64,000 bases of DNA from Desulfobacterales bacterium (GCA_028704555.1 JAQWFD010000010.1:22992-86991); one strand, 5' to 3'; shown: positions 1 through 10,106, numbered from the stretch's first letter. Made by a program: numbers and translations. Notes: generated from the sequence alone by a model not told the origin.

Positions 1-1
1 T

Positions 2-463
2 GCATCATCGGTTGGAAAAAACTTTGCCTGCGCCATCATCGAGCGCTTCGGGCATGGAATAAATCTGGAAACGGTTACCTGCCCGGCCGAAGATGTTTTC
101 GGCAGGTGTACAATGGTCATTGCCGCATCCGGTACGGTGACCCTGGAAGCGGCCATTCACGGGGTGCCCATGATCATTATATACCGGGTATCACCGGTCA
201 GCTATCTGCTGGGAAGGGCATTGATCCGGGTGCCTCATATCAGTCTGGCCAATCTGATAGCGGGAAAACAGATTGTTCCGGAATTGATTCAGCATGAGGC
301 GTCTCCGGAAAACATAGCCGATGTTACCTGTGGCATGCTAGCTGATACGGACAGGCTCCAGCGTATAAGAAATGAACTTTTTCAGGTTACGGACGCCCTG
401 GGCGGAGCGGGCGCTTCAAAGCGCACGGCAGCCGTTGCAGTCGATATGCTGAATTCACGGTGA
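2..463 (+). CDS. lpxB: lipid-A-disaccharide synthase, C-terminal part (5' end lies outside the window)
   Basis: Frame 2 is open from the window edge. The C-terminal sequence AASGTVTLEAAIHGVPMIIIYR...LIAGKQIVPELIQ matches the LpxB (GT19) C-terminus. It sits at the head of a lipid A/LPS cluster. Confidence 0.85.
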   Translation, partial: ASSVGKNFACAIIERFGHGINLETVTCPAEDVFGRCTMVIAASGTVTLEAAIHGVPMIIIYRVSPVSYLLGRALIRVPHISLANLIAGKQIVPELIQHEASPENIADVTCGMLADTDRLQRIRNELFQVTDALGGAGASKRTAAVAVDMLNSR

Positions 464-466
464 CGT

Positions 467-1150
467 ATGAGCAAAAATAAAAATCACGCAACCCTTTCCG
501 AATTCAAATGGAAAATAGTGGGCATTTTCGGAAAACTCATTATTGATTTGCTTTTTTTCACTACAAAAATTGAAGTGTTCGGGGTTAAAAAAGTCCGCTC
601 CATCATTCGCAGCAGAAAATTCATATGCGTGTCCTGGCATTCCCGGTTGCTGCTGCCGAGCTATCTGTATCAGGGCCAGAACGGTGTGCTGCTGGTCAGC
701 CAGTCGAAAGACGGGGAGATTATGGCACGGATACTTCAGCGGCAGGGCCATGAAACCATTCGCGGCTCTTCCACCCGTGGCGGTCTTCGCGCGATGTCAA
801 AGCTGATACGGTGCCTGAAGACCGGGCAACAGCCGGGGGTTATTACGCCGGATGGTCCGCAGGGCCCCAGATTCAAGGCCCGGCCCGGAATTGTGGTACT
901 GGCCAGAAAAACGGGACTTCCGATTCTGCCCATGGCCTACAGCGCCCGAAAAATCAAGGTGTTTTCCAGCTGGGACCGCTTTATCGCTCCATACCCATTT
1001 ACCACATGCCGCTTTGCCATGGGCAATCCGATCATCGTGCCGCCGGACGCCGATAAGGCGGAACAGGCCCGGTGCCTGAACCAGGTGGAACAGGAACTGT
1101 GCCGGATCACCTTTGATCTGGACCGGTCCTTCGGACACTGTATTGACTGA
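467..1150 (+). CDS. DUF374 lysophospholipid-acyltransferase-like protein
   Basis: 227-aa ORF with LLVSQSKDGEIMARIL...TPDGPQGPRF, typical of DUF374 proteins found beside lpxB/waaA/msbA. The ATG lies 4 nt after the lpxB stop. Confidence 0.7.
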   Translation: MSKNKNHATLSEFKWKIVGIFGKLIIDLLFFTTKIEVFGVKKVRSIIRSRKFICVSWHSRLLLPSYLYQGQNGVLLVSQSKDGEIMARILQRQGHETIRGSSTRGGLRAMSKLIRCLKTGQQPGVITPDGPQGPRFKARPGIVVLARKTGLPILPMAYSARKIKVFSSWDRFIAPYPFTTCRFAMGNPIIVPPDADKAEQARCLNQVEQELCRITFDLDRSFGHCID

Positions 1151-1260
1151 GGCATCGCGCCGAAAGAGTCATTCTGCTGCTCCGGGATTTTTTTGAATTC
1201 AAGCCGCACTGACACAGCTGCTTTACCCTTTTGCCTCAATTAAATTGCAACCGTCGAGGG

Positions 1261-3024
1261 ATGATGACGAACATGCTGATACGAAAAATTAAGAGTCGCC
1301 ACAGAATATTGATCAGAATGGTAAGCCACAGCTGGTCCAAACTCGTTATGGCCATGGTATGCATGATCATCGTGGCCGGGTCAACATCGGCAACGGCATT
1401 TCTGGTCAAGCCGGTCCTGGATGATATCTTTTTTAAAAAGAATTTGACCATGCTCAAGCTTGTTCCGTTTGTGATTGCCATTATGTATGTGATCCGCGGG
1501 GCGGGTATGTACGGGCAGGAATATTTTATGAGTTATGTGGGTGAGGATATCATCCGGAAATTGAGAAATAATCTTTACAGCCGCATCCAGGACCTGTCGC
1601 TGGCGTTTTTTTATAAGGAGAAAACCGGTGTTCTCATGTCCCGTATCACCAACGATGTCAATATCATCAAGCAGATGGTCGCCACGGCCGTTACCAGCTC
1701 TCTCAGAGATATATTTACCATTATCGGGTTGACGGGCGTTATTTTTTACAGGGATTGGAAAATGGCCCTGTGCGCTATCGTGGTTTTACCCGTCGCATTT
1801 TACCCGGTATACGTGTTTGGACGGCGGGTCCGCCGGGTGAGCACCGGATGCCAGGAATCCATGGCGAACCTGAGTTCTTTTTTGCATGAGACATTTGCCG
1901 GAAATAAGATCGTCAAGGCGTTTGGAATGGAGGATTATGAAAAACAGCGCTTTTATGACAGAACGTCAAATCTGTTTCAGCTTGAGATGAAAGCGGTTGT
2001 CGCCAAATCGATTTCATCTCCCATCATGGAGTGCCTTGGCGGAATCGGGATTTCGTTTATCATCTGGTACGGGGGATATAAGGTCATCAACGGCACATCC
2101 ACCGCAGGAACTTTTTTTTCATTTATGACCGCGGTGCTGCTGCTCTATGATCCGGTAAAAAAGCTGAGCCATCTGAACAATTCGGTCCAGCAGGGCCTTG
2201 CCGCTACAGACCGGGTGTTTGATATTATTGAGAAAGAATCCGATATCAAGGAGTCTGAAACTCCGGTGATAATCACCCGCGGCCCGCATCGGGTCACTTA
2301 CAGGGACGTATCGTTCCAATACGATGGGACTGACGATTCCATGGTGTTAAAGGGGCTGAATCTCGATGTGAAGCCCGGCGAAATCATCGCTCTGGTCGGT
2401 ACGAGCGGCGGCGGGAAGACCTCTCTGGTCAATCTGCTTCCCCGATTTTATGATGTTTCGGGGGGCGGGATTTTTATCGATGGGATCGATATCCGGAACG
2501 CTTCCATTGCGTCCCTCCGGGACCAGATCGCCATGGTGACACAGGAGCCCATTTTGTTTAACGACTCGGTCGGCAGCAACATCGCCTACGGAAATCCGGA
2601 TGCAACTGCCGCTCAGATCGAAAAGGCGGCAAAAGCCGCCTATGCCTACGATTTCATACAACATCTGCCTCAGAAATTTGATACCAGTATCGGAGAGCTG
2701 GGCAGCCGGCTCTCGGGAGGGGAAAAACAACGGATCTGTATTGCCCGGGCGCTGCTGAAAGATGCTCCTGTGTTGATCCTGGATGAAGCGACTTCCGCCC
2801 TGGACGCCGAATCCGAAATGCTGGTTCAAAAGGCCCTGGAAAATCTGATGAAGGGCCGGACCACCTTTGTCATTGCTCACCGGCTGGCCACCATCGGTTA
2901 TGCGAACCGGATCATCGTGATCGTAGACGGACGGATCGTGGAAGAAGGCAGCCATGACCAGTTGCTGGCGCTGCGGGGGGAATACCACAAGCTTCACCAG
3001 ATGCAGTTCTGCAACGGACAGTAA
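1261..3024 (+). CDS. msbA: lipid A export ABC transporter, fused permease/ATPase
   Basis: N-terminal multi-TM exporter domain. Walker A GTSGGGKTS, signature LSGGEKQR, Walker B LILDEATSALD. The ORF-track TTG at 1231 is probably too far upstream; an ATG cluster at 1261-1273 follows GAGGG. Confidence 0.85.
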   Translation: MMTNMLIRKIKSRHRILIRMVSHSWSKLVMAMVCMIIVAGSTSATAFLVKPVLDDIFFKKNLTMLKLVPFVIAIMYVIRGAGMYGQEYFMSYVGEDIIRKLRNNLYSRIQDLSLAFFYKEKTGVLMSRITNDVNIIKQMVATAVTSSLRDIFTIIGLTGVIFYRDWKMALCAIVVLPVAFYPVYVFGRRVRRVSTGCQESMANLSSFLHETFAGNKIVKAFGMEDYEKQRFYDRTSNLFQLEMKAVVAKSISSPIMECLGGIGISFIIWYGGYKVINGTSTAGTFFSFMTAVLLLYDPVKKLSHLNNSVQQGLAATDRVFDIIEKESDIKESETPVIITRGPHRVTYRDVSFQYDGTDDSMVLKGLNLDVKPGEIIALVGTSGGGKTSLVNLLPRFYDVSGGGIFIDGIDIRNASIASLRDQIAMVTQEPILFNDSVGSNIAYGNPDATAAQIEKAAKAAYAYDFIQHLPQKFDTSIGELGSRLSGGEKQRICIARALLKDAPVLILDEATSALDAESEMLVQKALENLMKGRTTFVIAHRLATIGYANRIIVIVDGRIVEEGSHDQLLALRGEYHKLHQMQFCNGQ

Positions 3025-3047
3025 AGGCTCATGCGCATTATACGTTT

Positions 3048-4244
3048 ATGAAGATTAATTCAATCATAGACCGATATATTTTCAAGGAGATGCTTTCTCC
3101 GTTTGCCATCAATTTGATATTTTTTTCATTTGTATTTCTGATGGCAAAGATACTCGAGATTACCAATCTGATCGTTAACTACCAGGTCAGTCTGGTGTCG
3201 GTTTTATTGATGTTGATCTATACCATGCCCTATTTTCTGGAATTTGTTATCCCGATGTCCGTGATGATGGCGGTTCTTCTGACCTTCCTCAGATTATCCG
3301 CCGACAACGAAATCATAGCGCTCAAGTCCGGTGGGGTGAGCGTTTACCGGCTGCTTCCGCCGGTGATGGCGTTCTGTCTGCTGGGATGCATGATCACCGC
3401 ATTTATTTCTGTTTATGCCCTGCCATGGGGAAGCCGCTCGTTTAAAGATCTGGTTGTGAACGTTGCCTCATCCAACATGGATATCGGATTGAAGGAGAGA
3501 ACCTTCAATGACCGTTTCAAAGGCGTGATGCTGTATGTCAATGAAATCCGGATGAAGGACAAGATGATGAAGGATATTTTCATTGAAGATCAACGGGCAA
3601 AGGATTCAACGATGATCATTGTCGCACCGGAAGGCCGGCTGCTGACTGAATCTGACCGGGGCATATGGCATCTGAGCCTCCGTAACGGCTTTATCAATCA
3701 GGTCAGCCGCCGGACACGGACGGCCAACAGCATTTTTTTTGACCGCTATGATTTGAGACTGGATTTGCCACGGACGGTGTCTGAAATGGCGGACACTTCC
3801 GACAAAGTCCGGGAATTAAATTTTTCCGAGTTGAAAAAATATCTTCGCAATGCGGACCAACAGGACGATCGATACTATCTGGCGCTGATTGAATTTCATA
3901 AAAAATTTTCAATTTCATTTGCCTGCCTGGCGCTGGGATTGCTTGCAGTTCCCTTGGGAATTCAGTCCAGGTCCAGAAAACGCTCTTACGGCATTGCATT
4001 CGGCCTGATGTTTTTTCTGATGTATTACCTGATGCTGGCGGCCGGAAAGGTGTTTGGAGAAGTCGGCAGGTACCCCCCATTGATCGGTATGTGGCTGCCC
4101 AATGGGGTCATCGGCGGTTTGGGCGTATACCTGCTGATCCGGGTGGCCAACGAGCGTCCGGTTAAACTGGATGTGTTCACATGGCCGGTCCGGTACCTGA
4201 TTTCAGTGTTTAACAGAGCAAAACCGACAAAAAAAAGCAGGTAG
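3048..4244 (+). CDS. lptF: LPS export ABC permease LptF (YjgP/YjgQ family)
   Basis: 398-aa multi-TM protein with a large periplasmic insert. It is paired with a second YjgP/YjgQ-type ORF directly downstream, in LPS context. Confidence 0.8.
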   Translation: MKINSIIDRYIFKEMLSPFAINLIFFSFVFLMAKILEITNLIVNYQVSLVSVLLMLIYTMPYFLEFVIPMSVMMAVLLTFLRLSADNEIIALKSGGVSVYRLLPPVMAFCLLGCMITAFISVYALPWGSRSFKDLVVNVASSNMDIGLKERTFNDRFKGVMLYVNEIRMKDKMMKDIFIEDQRAKDSTMIIVAPEGRLLTESDRGIWHLSLRNGFINQVSRRTRTANSIFFDRYDLRLDLPRTVSEMADTSDKVRELNFSELKKYLRNADQQDDRYYLALIEFHKKFSISFACLALGLLAVPLGIQSRSRKRSYGIAFGLMFFLMYYLMLAAGKVFGEVGRYPPLIGMWLPNGVIGGLGVYLLIRVANERPVKLDVFTWPVRYLISVFNRAKPTKKSR

Positions 4245-4254
4245 CTATCATCCC

Positions 4255-5325
4255 ATGACCATTATTCATCGATATATCACGCGCGAGATTGGCAGATATT
4301 TTGCCATAGTCGTATTCGTTGTGGTCGTTATTTATCTGACTGTTGATTTTTTTGAAAAAATCGATAACTTCATGGAAGTAAACCTCCCGTTATCCAGCTG
4401 CCTGAAATTTTTTGTTTTCAAAATCCCCTTTATCGTTGCCCAGATTGTTCCGCTCGGTGAATTGCTGGCGGTAATCCTCGCGTTTGGTTTGATGAACAAA
4501 AACAACGAACTGCTTGCACTGAAAAGCGGCGGGATCAGTATATATTATATGATCAAACCGGTGCTCGTGATCGGTGTGATAGTGAGTGTGTTGTTGTTTT
4601 TCTTTTCCGAGCTGCTCGTGCCGTTAACGGTCAGTAAATCCAACTGGATATGGGCGAACAGAGAAGGAACAGCGTTTTCCACCCAGGAAAAAGATATCTG
4701 GATCAAGGATAACCGGCTGATGACGCATATCAAATACGTGAATCCGGCCGATCAAACCATCTTCGGAATCACCATCAGTCAGCTTGACGCAAATTTCGAT
4801 CTGGTCAGGAGAATCGATGCCGAAAAAGGGGTCTACGGCCAGGGGCACTGGACCCTGTACGACATCATGGAGCAGCGGCTCAACCGCGAGACCCGGAATT
4901 ATTCGGTTGAATTTCATGACCAGCAGGTCGAGACGTTCGGATTTGAACCCGATGATTTAAAGCGGGTGGTCAAAAAATCTGAAGAAATGAATTTTATCGA
5001 GCTGTTGGAATACATACGAAAAATTGAAACAGAAGGATATGATGCCACTGTTTATCGGGTCGATCTGAATGCAAAACTGGCTTTCTCATTGGTGTGCCTG
5101 ATCATGGCCATGGTCGGATCGGGCCTGGCCGTTCGCAGATCGATGAAGGACAGCCTGTCAGTCGGGATTGTATACGGCATCGGGATCGCATTTGTGTACT
5201 GGATTTTTTACAGTTTCTGTATCTCGCTGGGCTATGGGAAAATTCTCCCGCCCGTGATTGCCGCATGGGTGGCAAATGTTGTGTTTTTAGGTTTCGGCGG
5301 CCTGCTGCTGGTTACCGCTGAATGA
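4255..5325 (+). CDS. lptG: LPS export ABC permease LptG (YjgP/YjgQ family)
   Basis: 356 aa with the same architecture as the preceding ORF. The motif LALKSGGIS is shared with the LptF paralogue (LKSGGVS). Confidence 0.8.
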   Translation: MTIIHRYITREIGRYFAIVVFVVVVIYLTVDFFEKIDNFMEVNLPLSSCLKFFVFKIPFIVAQIVPLGELLAVILAFGLMNKNNELLALKSGGISIYYMIKPVLVIGVIVSVLLFFFSELLVPLTVSKSNWIWANREGTAFSTQEKDIWIKDNRLMTHIKYVNPADQTIFGITISQLDANFDLVRRIDAEKGVYGQGHWTLYDIMEQRLNRETRNYSVEFHDQQVETFGFEPDDLKRVVKKSEEMNFIELLEYIRKIETEGYDATVYRVDLNAKLAFSLVCLIMAMVGSGLAVRRSMKDSLSVGIVYGIGIAFVYWIFYSFCISLGYGKILPPVIAAWVANVVFLGFGGLLLVTAE

Positions 5326-5340
5326 GGTGGATCTGCCGTA

Positions 5341-6678
5341 ATGAGACTTTTTTATAATATATGTTATATCATCGCGGTTATTTTCGGTCTGCCCGTTATC
5401 CTGTCCGGGGCGATGGTATCGGATAAACGAAGAAAGACCATTTTTAAGCGACTCGGACTGGCATCGGTTCCGGAACGGATTCGGACATCATATTTTCAAA
5501 GGCCGGCGCACCCGACGATCTGGGTCCATGCCCTTTCCGTCGGCGAGGTGCTCTCGGCCGTATCGCTGATCCGGAAATTGAAACGCAGATTTTACGATAA
5601 GAAGATCATCGTTTCGGTGTCAACCAAAACCGGATATGAGATCGCCCATCAGCACCTGCATGATATTGCCGACTGCCTGTTTTTTTTCCCGTATGACCTG
5701 CTGTTTTCAGTGAAATATATAACCCGGCGCATCCGTCCGGATCTGGTGTTGATCGTGGAGTCCGATATCTGGCCCAATTTTATGGCGCAGATGAAAAAGC
5801 AGGGCGTTCCGGTATGCTGGGTCAATGCCAGAATGTCAGACCGTTCCTGGCGCAGCTATAAACGGTTTCCCCTCATCCCGAAGCATCTGTTTTCAGGTTT
5901 TGCGAAAATCTTCACGCAAACGGATGATGACAGGTGCCGTCTGATCGACCTGGGTATCTCTGCCGAAAGGCTTGTCACCACCGGTAATATAAAGTTCGAT
6001 CAGCCGGTTGATTCGGTTGATTATGAACAGCTGACCGCCGTAAAACAAAAATTCAATATTGCCGGCCGGCGCAGAATTTTTATGGCCGGCAGCACCCATA
6101 AAGGAGAGGAGGCGATCCTTTCCGAGGCATTTTCGGCTCTTAAGCAGATGATTCCGGATCTTCTCCTGATCGTGGTCCCGAGAAATCCGGAACGCTTTCA
6201 GAGCGTATACCGGCTTTTCGAATCGAAAGGATTTTCAACCGTCCTGTGGACAAAGCCGGCCCGGGCATCGTCTTCTGATGATCCCCCAGCCGATGTGCTG
6301 GTGGTGGACACGATGGGGGAACTCCGGCGGCTCTATGCGCTGGCCGATATTGCGTTTATCGGGGGCAGCCTGATGCCGTTTGGCGGCCATAACCCGCTGG
6401 AGCCGGCATCATTTTCCAAGCCCGTGCTGTTCGGGCCCTATATGAATGATTTTGCCCTCATGGCAAAACTGCTGCTGGATTCCGGCGGAGCCATATGTGT
6501 GAAGGATGCCCGGGAAATATCCCGAACAATCGCTGATCTGGTTTCTGATGACAAAAAAAGGAGGCAAACCGGTGAAAACGCCCGGAAGGTGTTCTGTGCG
6601 AACCAGGGGGCGGTTGAGCGGACTATGTCAGCAGTTGAGTCCGCATTGACGATAAATTCTTTCGAATCTGGGATATAG
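5341..6678 (+). CDS. waaA: 3-deoxy-D-manno-octulosonic acid (Kdo) transferase
   Basis: N-terminal TM segment followed by IWVHALSVGE, characteristic of the GT30 Kdo transferase. 445 aa. Confidence 0.9.
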   Translation: MRLFYNICYIIAVIFGLPVILSGAMVSDKRRKTIFKRLGLASVPERIRTSYFQRPAHPTIWVHALSVGEVLSAVSLIRKLKRRFYDKKIIVSVSTKTGYEIAHQHLHDIADCLFFFPYDLLFSVKYITRRIRPDLVLIVESDIWPNFMAQMKKQGVPVCWVNARMSDRSWRSYKRFPLIPKHLFSGFAKIFTQTDDDRCRLIDLGISAERLVTTGNIKFDQPVDSVDYEQLTAVKQKFNIAGRRRIFMAGSTHKGEEAILSEAFSALKQMIPDLLLIVVPRNPERFQSVYRLFESKGFSTVLWTKPARASSSDDPPADVLVVDTMGELRRLYALADIAFIGGSLMPFGGHNPLEPASFSKPVLFGPYMNDFALMAKLLLDSGGAICVKDAREISRTIADLVSDDKKRRQTGENARKVFCANQGAVERTMSAVESALTINSFESGI

Positions 6679-6680
6679 TC

Positions 6681-7784
6681 ATGCTGCAGCATTTAAGACA
6701 GCAGATAGAAAAGATCATCGCTGATCCGGAGCCGGGGCATCCCTCCGTGCTGAAACGGTTGTTATTCTGGATTTCGCTTGGCTATGCCGCTGCGGTTCGT
6801 CTGAAAAATGTGCTCTATGACCGGGGCATCCTTTCCGCACAGCCGCTGGATTGCCGGGTGATATCCATCGGTAATATTACCATGGGCGGCACCGGTAAAA
6901 CGCCGATGGCCATATATGTGGCCAGGCTCGTCAAACAGCTGGGATATAAGCCTGCGGTGGTCAGCAGAGGTTACAGGGGAAAAGCTGAACATGCCGGCGG
7001 TGTGGTCAGCGACGGCTGCCGAATTTTCATGCAGCCGGATGAATCCGGCGATGAACCGTATATGATCGCCCGAACCCTGGAACAGGTTCCGGTCCTCGTG
7101 GGAAAAGAGCGCTTTGAAAGCGGACGGCTGGCGCTTGAGAGATTCGGACCGGACGTTATCATACTCGATGACGGGTTCCAGCATCGCAGGCTTTCAAGAG
7201 ATATTGACCTTGTACTGCTGGATAACGCACGGCCTTTTGGCAATACGTATCTGTTTCCCCGGGGGGGGCTCAGGGAATCAGCCCTGTCGCTGAAACGGGC
7301 GGATGCCTGTATCATGACCCGGTGTGCTTCCGGGTGCCGGGTGCCGGACGCAGGGGCCGGAAGTTGCGAGGGGAAACCGGTTTTCAGATCGGATCATGTC
7401 CCCTGCATGGTCAAGGTCGTTAAGGGTGAGCGACCGATATCGGTATCTGATCTTGGTGACCTGCGGGGCGCTTCGGCAATCGTCTTTTCGGCAATCGCCT
7501 GCAATACGGATTTTAGAAGCGCTGTTGAGCGGCTCGGATGCCGGATCGTACGGTATCTTGAATTTTCCGATCATCACTGGTATTCAAAACAGGATATCGT
7601 CCGGATTCGGAGCCTTGCGCTGGCATCGGATGTGAATTTGATTCTGACAACCGAAAAAGACTATGTCCGGATAAATTCGACAGCCCGATGGCCGGTGACG
7701 CTGGTGGTGATCGGAATTGAAATTTCGTTCGGCGATGATGCGGACCGGTTCCGCAGCTTTCTCGGACAGCGGTTGAAAAAATAA
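6681..7784 (+). CDS. lpxK: tetraacyldisaccharide 4'-kinase
   Basis: P-loop GNITMGGTGKTP and DDGFQH motif. The start lies 2 nt after the waaA stop. Confidence 0.9.
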   Translation: MLQHLRQQIEKIIADPEPGHPSVLKRLLFWISLGYAAAVRLKNVLYDRGILSAQPLDCRVISIGNITMGGTGKTPMAIYVARLVKQLGYKPAVVSRGYRGKAEHAGGVVSDGCRIFMQPDESGDEPYMIARTLEQVPVLVGKERFESGRLALERFGPDVIILDDGFQHRRLSRDIDLVLLDNARPFGNTYLFPRGGLRESALSLKRADACIMTRCASGCRVPDAGAGSCEGKPVFRSDHVPCMVKVVKGERPISVSDLGDLRGASAIVFSAIACNTDFRSAVERLGCRIVRYLEFSDHHWYSKQDIVRIRSLALASDVNLILTTEKDYVRINSTARWPVTLVVIGIEISFGDDADRFRSFLGQRLKK

Positions 7785-7802
7785 ACTGATACCCTGATTT
7801 TT

Positions 7803-8057
7803 GGGCTTGATCATACCTGCAGCCATATTCTCTTACGTGTAGCTTCGAAGTCCCGGCCGTTGCCGGCGTACGACATTGCACGATCGGGGGAAAAGATGCC
7901 GGGGCCATGAAGCGTTAAGAAGTGCAAACTGTTTGAGGCTTGCCGAGTTTTTGCGCTTTAGCTTCATGGCCCCGGCATCCCCCCGTATCGTGCTGGAGAA
8001 GCCGGAAACGGACGGGACGGCCCTCACGACGTTATGGCCGCAGTTATGATCAAGCCC
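7803..8057. mobile_element. palindromic MITE, long (about 255 bp) class, copy A
   Basis: Terminal inverted repeats GGGCTTGATCATA(A/C)CTGC(G/A)GCCATA ... TATGGCCGCAGTTATGATCAAGCCC. Flanked by a perfect 8-bp direct duplication TGATTTTT (7795-7802 and 8058-8065). Near-identical copies lie at 28475 and 56199. Confidence 0.9.
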
Positions 8058-8088
8058 TGATTTTTAAACTCAATGAAGCATAGCAGGC

Positions 8089-8856
8089 ATGATGCAAGAA
8101 AAAAGACCGACGCTCAGCATAGCCGTTATCACGAAAAATGAGGCCGATCGAATCGGTCGTTTGCTCAGCAGTACGTCATTTGCCGATGAGGTGGTCGTGG
8201 TGGACTCCGGCAGTACGGATGGAACCCAGCAGCGGTGTATTGATCATGGCGCACGGGTTATTTTCAATCCATGGCCCGGATATGCCGCTCAGAAACAGTT
8301 CGCAATGGAGCAGACATCATCCGATTGGATACTCAACCTTGATGCGGATGAAGTCGTATCCGGTCCACTTGCCGAAGAAATTTTAAGCAGGCTTGATACC
8401 CCGGCGCCGGATGTAAACGGATTTTCCATGCCCCGCCTCTCCAGATATCTCGGGCGATGGATCAAACATGGCGGATGGTATCCGGATCGGAAAATCCGGC
8501 TGGTGAGAAAAGGCAGGAGCGAATGGAAGGGGAACGGCCTTCATGAAAAACTGGTTGTGAAGGGAAAGGTTCAACCTCTCTCTGATCCGATTTTTCATTA
8601 TGTATACCGGGGAATTTCGGATCAGTTAACCACGATTGATAAATTTTCAGGCCTTTATGCCCGGGAGCGGGGGCCTGCAGGCGGCGGGTTTGTTCTGATC
8701 GGAATGCTGCATGCGGCGGGTAAATTTCTTGAGTGTTATGTATGGAAGCTGGGGTTTCTGGATGGGCTTGCCGGGCTGGTCATCGCCATGAATTCGGCGT
8801 GGTATGTTTTTCTGAAGCATTCGAAAGCCTGGGAGTTGGGGCTGCCCGGAGAATAA
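8089..8856 (+). CDS. family 2 glycosyltransferase, WaaE/KdtX-like LPS core transferase
   Basis: LSIAVITKNEADRI...VVVVDSGSTDGT...LNLDADEVV (GT2 fold with DxD) and a C-terminal TM segment, as in WaaE/KdtX-type enzymes. Confidence 0.75.
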   Translation: MMQEKRPTLSIAVITKNEADRIGRLLSSTSFADEVVVVDSGSTDGTQQRCIDHGARVIFNPWPGYAAQKQFAMEQTSSDWILNLDADEVVSGPLAEEILSRLDTPAPDVNGFSMPRLSRYLGRWIKHGGWYPDRKIRLVRKGRSEWKGNGLHEKLVVKGKVQPLSDPIFHYVYRGISDQLTTIDKFSGLYARERGPAGGGFVLIGMLHAAGKFLECYVWKLGFLDGLAGLVIAMNSAWYVFLKHSKAWELGLPGE

Positions 8857-8884
8857 CCCGGGGACGCACGTTAATACTTCTTTC

Positions 8885-8913
8885 TTGACACATATGGTCC
8901 ATCCCTCTATAAC
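8885..8913 (+). promoter_or_regulatory. sigma70-type promoter upstream of waaF
   Basis: TTGACA (8885-8890), a 17-nt spacer, then TATAAC (8908-8913), about 110 nt upstream of the waaF ATG. Confidence 0.5.
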
Positions 8914-9023
8914 TTCAAAGTTTAACCTTCTATAAAGGGGGCGGTTGTGGAAACGCCCGGTCAGATACAGGGACGGGGAACACCTTACGATACGGGGGAT
9001 AAGACAAAAGCGGTCATTAACTG

Positions 9024-10106
9024 ATGAAACCCATAGATACAAAATCCGTTCGGAATATAGTGGTACGCTCGGCCAACTGGATAGGGGATGCGGTCATGAG
9101 CCTTCCGACCCTGCGGGCCATACGGAATGATTTTCCCCTGGCCCGGATCACCCTTCTGGCAAAACCCTGGGTGGCCCCCGTCTTTCACCACTGCCCCTAT
9201 ATTGATCATATCATGATTTATGAGGCATCCGGCCGGCATAAAGGCGTACCGGGCGTATTGCGTCTCAGCCGGGACATGAGAAAAAACCGGTTTGATCTTG
9301 CCGTATTATTTCAAAATGCATTCGAGGCGGCGCTGCTGGCGTTTCTGGCAGGAATCCCGGCTCGTCTCGGTTACAAGACCGATGGCCGTCATCTGCTGTT
9401 GACTCATGGCGTTCCCGTAACAGTCGAACGGAAAAAGGCCCATCAGGTGGATTATTATCTGGGCATCGTCGAAGGTGCAAATCTGCCTTCCTGTGGCAAT
9501 GGCCTGTCTCTGACCGTAACGGAAGCCGAACGCAGACAGGCCGAAGCCATTCTCGGACGCTGCGGTATTGAATCCGGCGATATCCTGATCGGCATCAATC
9601 CGGGAGCTGCGTTCGGAACGGCAAAACGCTGGTTTCCCGAACGGTATGCTCAACTGGGCAGGCGTTTGAAAGCGCTGGATCAGCGTATCCGGATTGTTGT
9701 ATTTGGAGGGCCGGGAGAAAAGGCGCTCGGAGAGTGGATCTGCGGTACTGTCGGCAAAGGGTGTATGAATCTGAGCGGCATGACCAGCCTTCGTGAGGCG
9801 ATCGGGCTGATCGACCGGTGCCGTCTGTTTATTACCAATGATTCCGGGTTGATGCATATCGCCGCTGCGTTGCATGTATGCCAGCTTGCCATATTCGGCT
9901 CCACCAACCATGTGGTGACCGCTCCCTTCAGCGATGAAAGCAGCATGATCCGGGTTTGCATGCCGTGCAGCCCATGTCTCAAACCCGACTGCCCCGCGGG
10001 TCATCATGACTGCATGAAAGCGGTGACCGTGGATATGGTGTATGCCGAGGCGGAAAAACGTCTTGTCAACATCCTGCGGGAGTCGTGCTCCGGAGCGGTT
10101 GAATGA
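9024..10106 (+). CDS. waaF: ADP-heptose:LPS heptosyltransferase II (GT9)
   Basis: N-terminus IVVRSANWIGDAVMSLPTLRAI and C-terminal ITNDSGLMHIAAAL are typical of GT9 heptosyltransferases. Assignment as II rather than I rests on sequence flavour and order. Confidence 0.75.
   Translation: MKPIDTKSVRNIVVRSANWIGDAVMSLPTLRAIRNDFPLARITLLAKPWVAPVFHHCPYIDHIMIYEASGRHKGVPGVLRLSRDMRKNRFDLAVLFQNAFEAALLAFLAGIPARLGYKTDGRHLLLTHGVPVTVERKKAHQVDYYLGIVEGANLPSCGNGLSLTVTEAERRQAEAILGRCGIESGDILIGINPGAAFGTAKRWFPERYAQLGRRLKALDQRIRIVVFGGPGEKALGEWICGTVGKGCMNLSGMTSLREAIGLIDRCRLFITNDSGLMHIAAALHVCQLAIFGSTNHVVTAPFSDESSMIRVCMPCSPCLKPDCPAGHHDCMKAVTVDMVYAEAEKRLVNILRESCSGAVE

Noticed and set aside
7833-8027. Short ORFs inside the MITE copies (7833-8027, 28397-28591, 28564-28767, 56288-56515) giving recurring peptides such as MKLKRKNSASLKQFALLNASWPRHLFP.
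   Set aside because: They are translations of a palindromic repeat read in both orientations. They lack RBSs, their frames are not preserved between copies, and they end at the element boundaries.
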